The notes under the pieces were generated by a model. It saw only the letters and a list, made by a program, of their open reading frames with translations. It was not told where the DNA came from and made no database searches. Shown piece by piece: positions 50,774 to 60,898 of a DNA stretch of 64,000 nt. The stretch is from Marsupella aquatica (Eukaryota; Plantae; Marchantiophyta): positions 16,596,170-16,660,169 of the forward strand of contig OZ316895.1 in assembly GCA_973895155.1 (NCBI GenBank). The letters run 5' to 3'. Made by a program: the position numbers and the translations under genes. Position 1 is the first letter of the stretch, and the number at the start of each line of letters is the position of its first letter.

Positions 50774-51208
50774 TGTTGAGCCAATATGACATTCACAATG
50801 GCAAACCCATGGTCATGCAACGCACAAGTAGTCGACATAGAGAGATATGTGTTTCACCTCAAGTGAGACTATGTCCACGGAAACACATGAGAGCTTTACT
50901 GCACTTTAGGTCCATCGGCCATAACGAGTCTCTGCAATACAAGTTTTCCTTATCTCTCAATTGGTTCCATAATAGTGAGTCTAAGTTTTCTTATCCAAGC
51001 AAACACTGCTTGTGGATATAATGTGCAACATGACTAACATAATCAAGTCTGCAACTAAGGTTAGCCCTAATGATCATTATAGTCATAACTCTAGATCTAA
51101 GAGTAAATGCCTAGCAACATGTACGTAGTAGCATTTAAACCTAGGGAAAAGTCACATATTCTACACAACTCTATCTGCGTTGTACTTAATCTCCTCATTG
51201 GGGGAACA
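50774..51208 (-). mobile_element. Putative solo LTR, inverted relative of 17696-18123
   Basis: The reverse complement starts TGTTCCCCCAATGAGGAG and ends GCTCAACA. It shares CCTAAAGTGCAGTAAAGCTCT..CCGTGGAC.TAG..TCTCTCTATGTCGACT with the 18-kb copy. Confidence 0.55.
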
Positions 51209-53966
51209 TATTTTTTTTTTTTATGTAGTAAAAGCTTAGAGAGTCATTTCCTGTATGTCCCAGGATAATGACTGTCTTATCCTCAAGTTTTCATGTCCAT
51301 GCTAGAACTCCATCTGGAAAACTGGGGTCTTGGGGATGGGTTGTTGAGATGGATTGTTGAGAGACTCCAAACTTCTCCTGACTTCAATTTTAATGCCTAG
51401 ATTTAATGTTTACGGACCCCCATTAGGGGTCCTTTCCAAAATTCCTGGCTCCACAACGCGCCACATCATCATGGCACGCTGCAAACAGGAAGCGATCTGT
51501 TTTTGGATAAAATTAATTTCTGCATTCATGTTTGTGGCAACTTTGTTGTAAAAACTGGGACACCATGCCGTAAAAAAGAATGTATAAAAACTGACATGCA
51601 AATCAAAAGACAAAAATATTGAGGTAAAACTGCTCCCAGTAACGGTTTTATTTACATTTTGATTTTATTCAAAACATAAAATTTTCCCGACAACAAATTT
51701 TGATTTGACATTGTTGAGTCAAATCATAATAAAAACTCACGTATAATATGGCATTGAAAAGATCTTGAAGAGACGGTCCTGATGAGCTCAACATTGTCAC
51801 CATTCGATAAGAATTGAGTAAGTAATTTGAAAAATAGATTTTACCCATGATTTTGTAATCTCTAACATGAATAGAAATCTCTGCTGTACAACCCTTGAAA
51901 TGTTGACCCCTTCAAAATGAACCTTAAATTGGCAGATTTTATAGAGTACTAAGGAGATTATGATTTTTAGAATTCCTTAGACTTTTTAATGAACTTAACA
52001 TTGATAGATTTAGTTGAGTTTTGAAGAGATTATAAGTTTCCAATATTCGAATTCTCTAGCTTTCCATTCAGTGTGACATTGGGGGATTTTATCAAGTACT
52101 AAAGTGGTCATGAGTTTCTAAATTTCTTTAGCTTTCAATCTATTTAGAATTCCACAATTGGAGATTTGTTTCCATGAAACTTTTTGACTTGTACATTTTT
52201 GAATTTATTTTTCTTTAGATTTGAAGGTCCATCTAGGCTTCAGTTTCTAGGTAACTGCCTTTAAAATAACATGGGGGTCCACTGATTAATTATGATGATG
52301 GCTAGGAGACAGTTTCTTCTTCTCTCTGTAGTCGGACAGTACCTGGTCCCATCTGACAGAGCCCCGCCCTCTTGGGTGGGTCTTGGGATTGGGGGCTTGT
52401 GGAACATGGAAGACAGCATTTAAGCTCATCTCATGACATGGACAGCTCCTATTGGCCTGTCAAAAGAGCAATGTAAAGGAAGGGGGGTGCACACGTGCGC
52501 AAGGGAAAAGGGGGGGGGCGGCGCGGGGGGCAACATTTCTCACTTCTTTACTTCTATCAGCAACCTGAGAGAAGGATGCTATGGGAGTCCCACTCCTGCC
52601 ATTTACCCATGCTACATCACGAGACCATCCTGTATGTTATTGTGATCACTCACCAAAGTGTCACGCTTGATCTCACAATAAACACTGCGCCATTCAAAGG
52701 GCCCGTTCTCCAAATGGTCTTCCTAGTTTAAACCTGTGTCATGGATTTCTCATACGTTGTCATATGATCAGCACAAGGTCCTAATTTCAGGAAACAAAAA
52801 TGACTGGTACCTTTCGCTAAGCTTCACTTCCATGCCCACAATGGAGAACCTGAAGCAACGGCTAAGGCCATGGGTACTATAGTGCTTGCGGGAATGGGTA
52901 TCATGTTAATTATCCAGCAGGCCGAGTTGGAAATGGTGGGATAGTATATCCTCGGTCTTGGGCAATGTGGGCTTTGCATGCTCTACCTTTCCAGATGTTC
53001 CATCCTTAGTTAGCTCACGCTGGGACGACTTTTGCAGAGTCTTGCAAGTTTCACTTTGCTTCCTGTGAGCTCAGGCTACTTCCAAGAGTTGATGTGGGTG
53101 AGGATGATCTACATCTTTCGCAAATTCATTTTCGTCTTGCCTATCCTACTAACACTTCACTGTGTCATGACATTTCTTAGCAATGAAATGTGCTGAACGT
53201 AGTATTGATGACAAGGCGCTGCTTCATGTTGAAACGCTGTGTCCACTAACCATTCTGTGCCGCATTTTTGGGAGACCTGCGTTGCCGGTTATGAATGAAG
53301 ATGATCTGGAGGGAAAAGAATTTCGATTGACCGACAGGTTGAAACAGAGAGCACCTAGACACTTGTGGGGTCACAAGATCCGTAGCCTCAGTAAGCCTTA
53401 GATACGTCCTGTTCCAATCGCAACGATCAAACCCAGGAAGGACTCTGTGAACAGAATTTTCATTCGGGAGTGTTCGCGCTAGAGTAAAGATAGAATCCCA
53501 ACCAAGTTAGTATAAGGCAGATAAATGAAATTGACTGAGTTCTGCTGAATATTCTCTTTGAGCTGGTCATCATTCACCTATGCTATTCGGTTGACATCTT
53601 CAGCGACATCTTCAGCAACCTTTCAGAACGCTGTCTTTGACAAAAGCACGCTCGCATGATTCGCTTGTGAGTCCCCTCGAGTGGTCTAGGCAAAGCATTG
53701 ATCGGTGCATCAAGGAGTGCCTGTGGAGGCCACAAGCAGAAATTGTCTACTTCCATGGTTATGATGCGTGACCCGTCTTATCTCCTTACGTTACAGTAAT
53801 TCACTTTTTTTCCAGTAGATTGCAGTGTCTCTGGACCCATCATCGAAAAGCAGCAGCATTTGGGATACTGATCATTTGACCCGTTTCCTAGTCCGGAGCT
53901 CCTCAAACTTTAAAGAACTTGCGTGAGCGAGGCCTTGTGAAATTTGGGAATTGCTAACATCGCAGA

Positions 53967-54185
53967 TCGAGATGCAACAGTCTCTAGCTGGTCTTGCAAT
54001 TTCAAATCACAAATCAATTCTTGCACCGCTTGAACTAGCTTTTAAAGGACAACGATTGCTGAATCAGTTGCTATCGAGATACAACAGTCTCTTCAAGCTG
54101 CTCTTGCGATTTCAAAATCACAAATCAATTCTTGTACCGCTTGAACCAGCTTTTAAAGGACAACGATTGCTGAATCAGTTGCTAT
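53967..54185. repeat. Tandem duplication of ~105-110 bp downstream of NAR2
   Basis: ATCGAGAT.CAACAGTCTCT...CACAAATCAATTCTTG.ACCGCTTGAAC.AGCTTTTAAAGGACAACGATTGCTGAATCAGTTGCTAT occurs twice. Confidence 0.85.
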
Positions 54186-54601
54186 TTCCACCGTTTTTTA
54201 CAATTCTATTTCCTATTGAGTAATAGCCCATCAAATTTCTGAATTGTCTGTTTCTGTACCAATTGTACCAATTGCTGTCCCAAAAGTCAGAAGATTCTAT
54301 TTTCATTTCGGTACTATGCGAAATTGTACTCTTCAACTTAGAATCTGCAAATTATCCGGGCTACTTACTTTCGGCTCTAGAGGGAAGAAACTGCTCCAAA
54401 AGATGCTTACAAACAAACAGAATCGAAACCAACGTCTATGGGGAGGCGCTCAAGGAGTATAACTTGAACTACGAGACACTCGCCCTTCATTAATATCAAG
54501 AGAAATCAGAAACACTCTATTTGGAGTGAGACGAAGGCCCGAAAGCCACTGGTGAGTCCATTTTTGTCCGGGGAATGCATTCAGTTCCCAGAACCACTGA
54601 T

Positions 54602-55252
54602 TTACTTCATAAGTCGTGCTTTCCTCTTGCCAAGTATGGTTTCAAGACCCAGGTATGAGAAAAGGGCCCCCACGGCGAACACAGAGAACACGGCGGAAGC
54701 AACGTCCAGGTCAGTGTTTCTTCCCGAGATGGCTTCGATGGCGAAAATGTTAGTGTTCTTAGCCTTGTTGGTCGTCTGCCCGTAAGCAAGCTGCACTCCG
54801 TTCGCATCCACAGCATACGCTCGCACGAAGTAAAACGCTTTGGGAGTTTCTTTGCCGATCAACCATACCGTGTTGTTTCCAGCCGCAGTGTACTTCTGCG
54901 TGGCGATCATGGCGCCGCTGCAGGTCTTGTCCTTGCTGAGGTTATCGACGGTCTTCCTCCACCCTCGGTCGACCTGGCTCGGAGGAGAAAAGCACAGCTT
55001 GACGGCCACCTTCGCGTACATTTTATCCTGCCCCGCGAAGGACGAGTTCAGGGACCATTGCACGGCTACGTGATCCTCACCGGCTTTGGAAGCTCCCGGA
55101 TGATTGCCAACGTTCTGAACCACCGAAGTGACAATCAAAGTTCTTGGCAGAGTCGAGAACAGCACATCGCCTTCGACAACCCTCATCATCATGAGAGCCA
55201 GCAACGTTCCCCACATGAGCCGAACCAAGCTGAACGTCCTTACACACTCCAT
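54602..55252 (-). CDS. NAR2: NAR2/NRT3 high-affinity nitrate transporter accessory protein, intronless, 216 aa
   Basis: Signal peptide, then DVLFSTLPRTLIVTS..KAGED..YAKVAVKLCFSPPSQVDRGWRKTVDNLSKDKTC..YFVRAYAVDANGVQLAYGQTT..FAIEAISGR..LDVASAVFSVFAV, and a C-terminal TM helix. ATG at 55252 is preferred; the track ORF starts at a TTG. Confidence 0.95.
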   Translation of the reverse strand: MECVRTFSLVRLMWGTLLALMMMRVVEGDVLFSTLPRTLIVTSVVQNVGNHPGASKAGEDHVAVQWSLNSSFAGQDKMYAKVAVKLCFSPPSQVDRGWRKTVDNLSKDKTCSGAMIATQKYTAAGNNTVWLIGKETPKAFYFVRAYAVDANGVQLAYGQTTNKAKNTNIFAIEAISGRNTDLDVASAVFSVFAVGALFSYLGLETILGKRKARLMK

Positions 55253-56048
55253 CTTGATTCTGCCTTCAGTCCTCTTCCACTTCCTCTCCAAAAAGCAAGA
55301 CAGTCTAGCACTCTCGAGCCTCCAAATGCTCTAGCCTTGATCTGAGCTGAGAGTAGAGAGTACTCTCCAGTCTCCAAATGTAAGCAAGCAGCTGAGGTGA
55401 TCGGCGAGAACACTCTCCAGTCTCCCAACTGATGCGAGACCGATCAATTCACCATCCCAATTATACAAACGCAATTGTTGTCACCTCCGAGATTGAGCCG
55501 GATTGGGCTCCTCCAGACGGGAATCTTGGTCCGTACTGGATGGCGATCTGCTCTCCAAAACGTCATAGCTCGACTTTAGGTCAGTGCGCTTTTACCACCG
55601 CTTCACCTCACACGAGGTCATGCAGCTCCTGGAGGTTTTCATAGATGCCATCGCTCGCCGCATACGGAAGCTGCTGGCCCTCTTGTTCAGACTTGAGGCC
55701 GGCGCGAGATGTGAAGCAGAGATGCGGGGATTCGAAGAGCGCATCGAGCAGGAGTCAAATGGGTTGTGCATCGACGAGGTTCCAATGGACGGGTTGCATC
55801 GCTGCATCGATCGCTCTTCGAGCTTTGAAGCTCTGTTAATGATCTTCTCTTTCGTCGCGTCACAAGAACATTATCAGATTTTGAGGAAAAGAATCTGTGA
55901 CAGATTTGTTGATTCATGGATGTCCACTTTTGGCAGAACTTTTGGAGAAAATCCAAATTGAAATGGCTGGAAAGCTTGACACTCTTTTTCTTCCCAAAAC
56001 TTTTGGAGAAAAAAACCAAATCACAAATGGTGGAAAGGTTGACATTGG

Positions 56049-56353
56049 CTTTGGTCAGTTGGGAGGATGAGCCTAGAACCGAGAGGTCCCAGGTTCAATC
56101 TCCCTCCACACATAAGGGGTGTGGAGGGTATATGTGTGTGTGTGGGTGGGGTGTAGTGGTGGGAGTATTGATTATCTCCTCAGCCCTGGTTATCCACTTT
56201 GGGTTTTGGTTTAATCCTCTCTCCCTCCTGGTTTGGGTCCCTGTCGGATCCCTGGGTATTGTTCCCTTGTGGCTGCCCTACATAGAAATGCATGCTCCAA
56301 AGCAGGACGTCTATACTCTGTTGGATGGGCCTGCTTTCGGTTTTCAAGGCAAA
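56049..56353 (+). mobile_element. tRNA-derived SINE, 305 bp, 16-bp TSD
   Basis: Perfect direct repeat GAAAGGTTGACATTGG at 56033-56048 and 56354-56369. The 5' head has an A-box-like TGGTCAGTTGG and a B-box-like GGTTCAATC. A 3' stem-loop AAAGCAGG...CCTGCTTT (56299-56337) precedes an AAA end. Confidence 0.75.
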
Positions 56354-56984
56354 GAAAGGTTGACATTGGGCGCTTTCTAAAAGCTGGAATTGGAGACTGT
56401 TTTGCCGTAGGTGCTGTAGCTTCTGTAGACTTTGTCAGTGAGTATTGAACTCCATGGTCCATGGCAAAACTATGTTCCCCAGAATCTCAATTAGATGATA
56501 CGCTTGCATCAAATCCAAATCAAAAAGGGTGGACAGGTTAACATAGGGCCCTATAAACAGGACTTTACTGCATACATTCACTTCTCTCCAAGAGAAAATA
56601 TATCACACTGCCAAATAAGAAAAAACACCAAACCAGGAGCCAAGATCGAGAGGGAAGGAAAGCAAGCCATGCAAACCCAAAAAGCCCAAGAGTCTTATAT
56701 AATGCCAAAGGAACTAAGGGCTACTTAGTAAACTGAAAAGCTTGGTAAAGCTCAGGATTAGAGGCATAGGAGAAATTTAGGTAGAAGCCCTTGAACAGCT
56801 TGGGCCCGTTGGCGCTTGAACCAACAGCTTGGGCACTTTGAAGATAGTGAATGCCTGAATCCTCTGCTCCAGACACCAGCTATCTAAAATCTGGATGAGG
56901 AAGGAATTTGGAGTATAAAAGCGGTCTACACAGACCGTCCCTCAAGCTGTGATTTCATCCTGAAATGGATGCTCTGTGGCTACC

Positions 56985-57008
56985 ATATATATATATATAT
57001 ATATATAT
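56985..57008. repeat. (AT)n microsatellite
   Basis: Run of about 12 AT dinucleotides. Confidence 0.9.
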
Positions 57009-57312
57009 GCTTCTGAAGAGTTAACCAGAGACGAGAGAAGTTGGGGCCGTCAATCCTTGACCCTTGCCCAGACTAAAAACCTGAAGGCAAATGAAGGTTG
57101 AGCTGGCCCAGCTGGATAGTTAGAAAGACTTCTCCAAACTGGATTTGATCTCAAGATTGCAGTAAAGTTGGATCAAAACAATATCTGATCACAACAACTG
57201 GAAAGGAAGCTATAAAACCAAAATTGATTACTCCATAGAAACTTTTATAAAATGCTATCAATGGTCCGGCCTGCCAAGCTGCTACGGTATATGCTTGTTG
57301 TTGAGAACTCAT

Positions 57313-57646
57313 GAGGAGCGTTTTACACCGTGACAGGAAAACATTTCCTGCTATGAGCAAATTTTTTTTTGTTACAAACAAAAACAAAAATTCAAAAATG
57401 TGTTATTATTCCAAGGAAAAAAACTTTTCCAAAGAAAAATGTGTTATTAAAAGTGGTATTTTCCAAAATATTTTAAAATATGATATTTTTTTGTTAGCGC
57501 CAGGCGCTACTATTGCTAGCTCCGGGTGCTACCCAAAAAATATAGATAAAACAAAAACAAAAACAAAATTTCCAAATTTTTTATCACCCATTTGCTGTTA
57601 CCCATAACTTTTACTGTTTTGCTGTCACGATGGTTATACCCCCCTC
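57313..57646. mobile_element. AT-rich Mutator-like MITE
   Basis: Imperfect TIRs GAGGAGCGTTTTACACCGTGACAGGAAAACA and TGTTTTGCTGTCACGATGGTTATACCCCCCTC. Flanks AACTCAT and AATTCAC resemble a degenerate TSD. Confidence 0.55.
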
Positions 57647-59028
57647 AATTCACCTTGGTTCTGTGTTTGAATAACACTTGAGTACCCAAATTTGTCCACA
57701 TTATTGACAACTCTATTGTTGTGTACAGAATCTTAGAATCCTCCACACCATTCTGATCCAAACTTAGGCTCCTTGGCCAAGGTATTTGCATTGACTGAAC
57801 TTCCTTTCAAAAACCAATTGGTGAAATTGAGGAACATATACTTATTAGAGGAGATATTTGGACCAGGTATTGAACAAGAAGAGACACTCCAATTTTGGCT
57901 TGGAAGATATCTTCATTAGAGTAGATGCCCTAAACAAGAAGCCACACTCCACTTTTGCTTGGGTGAAAGAAAGTAACAATATATCTTCGCCTACATTGGG
58001 CCCGATATAGAGTCTGTATCCGGGCCCATAAGGCCACTTCAAGTGTGGCTTACAATGAGATGACTTTTAGCTATGGCACTTGGGCTGGCCTTTGGGAGCT
58101 TCATGAGGAAACTCTCCAAGTCCCACCAGTACCTCCATGTCCACCATGTTTCATTCTAGTTGTTCAGGTTACGAAGCTGCATTGCAGATTGACTGATCGA
58201 GCCAATGCTCCTTCACCAAAACACTCGCAGGAACCCTATCAGAACCTGTTCAGTGGCCAATCTTTAGGAGTGTGTTGCTCCACTGTGTCTCTAAATTCCT
58301 TGTTTAGCTACGCCTTTGGGTTGGGGCCTAGCTTTATCCTAGCTTTATCCCTGCTCTCCTGTCTTAGCAAGTCTACCTTGGTCTCTTGGGCTGGTGTCCC
58401 GTTGTGCCCCCAGTTTTGTATGTTGGCTATTTGAGTTGAATTCATTTGGTTCTTTGGAGGCACAAAATAAATGATAAAAGTGCCACACGTCCTGCAAAGA
58501 GACGCTGTGCTTTAGCGAGGTTCTCGCCTTGGTGTTAGTTAGTAAGTACAGACTTTATATGTAAGGGGAATCGGCTGAGCTCAGAATCGTCACATGCGTT
58601 TGGTGGGCCACTAGGCCCCGCAGAAGTCGATTGCGGCCGACCGGATTTTCCCAGGTTGACCCCGAGACGGTCAGATACTGGTCAGTGATTACCCCGAGAT
58701 CCGATGTCAGCTTGCGCGATTTCTTCAGGTTCGCCCCACAGGTTTTGGAAACAAATAAAGAGCCTTGAAACCCCCTTCAACAACCAAGAATTCGCCAGTT
58801 TCGCAATTCTTCACTTAGTGACACTCTCATAGAGAACCTGGCTCGAGTCCATCCTTCGTTCAGACACCGTTCTGGAGGTCTTTCAGAGAGGCAAAGAAAC
58901 AAACTGCAAGGAGGGTACATTTGATGAGTCTGACATTTCTGAATCTTCTTTGATTGGCTGTCGAGCTAGCACGGTCATCGATTGCTTCTACCGAGCTAGA
59001 TCGAGCTTGAATAGAGAAACACGAAGAT

Positions 59029-60898
59029 ATGGAGACTCAAGGTGAGCCCACTGATATCCATGGCAGGAAATTCGCTCTGCCGGTCGATTCCGAGCACAAG
59101 GCCACGAAGTTCAAGCTGTACTCGTTTGCAGCACCTCATATGCTGACATTCCATCTGTCCTGGATTTCTTTCATGACTTGTTTCTTCTCCACTTTCGCTC
59201 CACCGCCTCTGATACCCATTATTCGCAACAATTTGGATCTCACCAAGAAGGACATTGCGAATGCTGGAATTGCCTCCGTGTCCGGATCCATCATCTCCCG
59301 TCTCCTCATGGGAACCATTTGCGATCTCGTGGGCCCCCGCTACGGCTGTGCGCTGCTCCTCATGTTGACGGCCCCTGCTGTGTTCTGCATGCCGCTGGTC
59401 TCGACAACGAACGGCTTCATCCTGGTCCGCTTCTTCATCGGCTTCGCTCTCGCTACTTTTGTGTCGTGCCAATTTTGGATGAGCTCCATGTTCAACAGCA
59501 AGATCGTCGGCCTGGCTAACGGAACAGCAGCTGGCTGGGGAAATCTGGGAGGAGGCATCACTCAGCTCGTTATGCCTTCGCTGTGCAATCTCATTCACAA
59601 CGACATCGGGACAACAAGCTTCACGGCGTGGCGCATTGCGTTCTACGTCCCGGGTTGGATGCAAGTCATCATGGGGATCCTGGTTCTAACCATTGGCCAG
59701 GATCTGCCGGATGGCAACTTCGCAGATCTCAAGAAAGCCGGAACCAAGACCAAGGATAGCTTTGGCAAGGTGAAGACGACTCGCAACAGCAAAATGTTTG
59801 AATGAATCTGCCTTCTGGTTTGCTTTGTTGTTTTATTATAGTCGACATTGACGTAGCACACTTCAATCAGAGTGCCTAGAATTCTAGGTGATTGGTTTAG
59901 CCAGTTGGTACCTAGAACTACCGGAACCACTAGACACCACCAATGTTTGACAACGAATTCTAGGCAATAAGAGATTGAGACTGGAGTGAGATCTAGATAC
60001 CGCGCGCTGGATTAGCAAGCTGCTAGCTACGTACTACTGACTCGTGATTCTATGCATAGAGAGACTAACTTGCTCAATTTTGCTTTCACAGGTCTTTTGG
60101 TGTGCAGCAACGAACTACCGCACTTACATCGTTGCGTTGACCTACGGTTACTGCTTCGGCGTGGAGCTCACAGTGGACAACATCATTTCCCAATACTTCT
60201 ACGATCGCTTCAACGTCAATCTCACAACTGCGGGATACATCGGAGCCACGTTTGGTCTCATGAACCTCGTCGCTCGTCCTTTTGGGGGCATCCTCTCGGA
60301 CAAGGTGGCCGAGCGATTCGGAATGCGGGGTCGGCTGTGGACGCTGTGGATCCTGGAGACTCTAGGGGGAGTGCTGTGTCTCATTCTGGGGCTGATGGGG
60401 AAGTTGGGTACCTCGGTAGTCGTCATGCTGTTATTCTCGTTCTTCGCTGAGGCGGCTTGTGGGGCGACTTTTGAAATCGTCCCGTTCATATCTCGGAGGT
60501 CTTTGGGTATGATCTCTGGAGCCACAGGAGCCGGAGGAAATGTGGGCTCGGTTATCACACAGCTAGCTTTCTTCTACTACAGCACGTACACGACACAACA
60601 AGGCATCAAGCTGATGGGAGTGATGGTGATCTGTTGCACTCTACCACTATTTCTCGTGTACTTCCCACAATGGGGCGGCATGCTGTTCCCTGCCAGGCCC
60701 ACGAAAAGCGAAGAAGACTACTACCTTGCTGAGTGGAGCGAGAGCGAGAGAGAACAAGGACTGCACCTGGCCAGCTTGAAATTCGCCCAGAACTCGAGAT
60801 CGGAGAGGGGCAATAGAGCAGTGGCGTCTGCTCCTACTCCCGAATCCGGGAACACTCCCGCTCATGCTGACTACGTGCCGTCATCATTTCCTTCTTGA
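59029..60898 (+). CDS. NRT2: NRT2 high-affinity nitrate transporter (MFS, NNP family), 2 exons, 515 aa
   Basis: Exons 59029-59769 and 60092-60898 (GT-AG, phase 0; 1548 nt). Motifs [25 protein letters not shown], nitrate signature [50 protein letters not shown] and SRSERG. Confidence 0.96.

Larger units (their letters stand above)
56470..58430 (-). pseudogene. Possible very old L1-type LINE remnant
   Basis: Only faint motif traces, such as AGPLIAFYKSFY (cf. KAPGPDGxxxEFYKxFW). No intact ORF. Confidence 0.3.

Noticed and set aside
52800-53900. Coding-like stretch downstream of NAR2
   Set aside because: Stops occur in all frames and no motif is convincing.
56049-56110. Possible tRNA gene
   Set aside because: No full cloverleaf is visible, and it is the head of a TSD-flanked SINE.
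57058-57080. TGACCCTT half-site resembling the NLP nitrate-responsive element in the NAR2-NRT2 spacer
   Set aside because: The second half reads AAA rather than AAG after 10 nt, and it lies in probable TE-derived DNA. Other candidates (~55675, ~58760) are also imperfect.
58996-59664. 222-aa antisense ORF, and similar overlapping ORFs over ycf33, the RT and NAR2
   Set aside because: These are shadow frames of real coding sequences.
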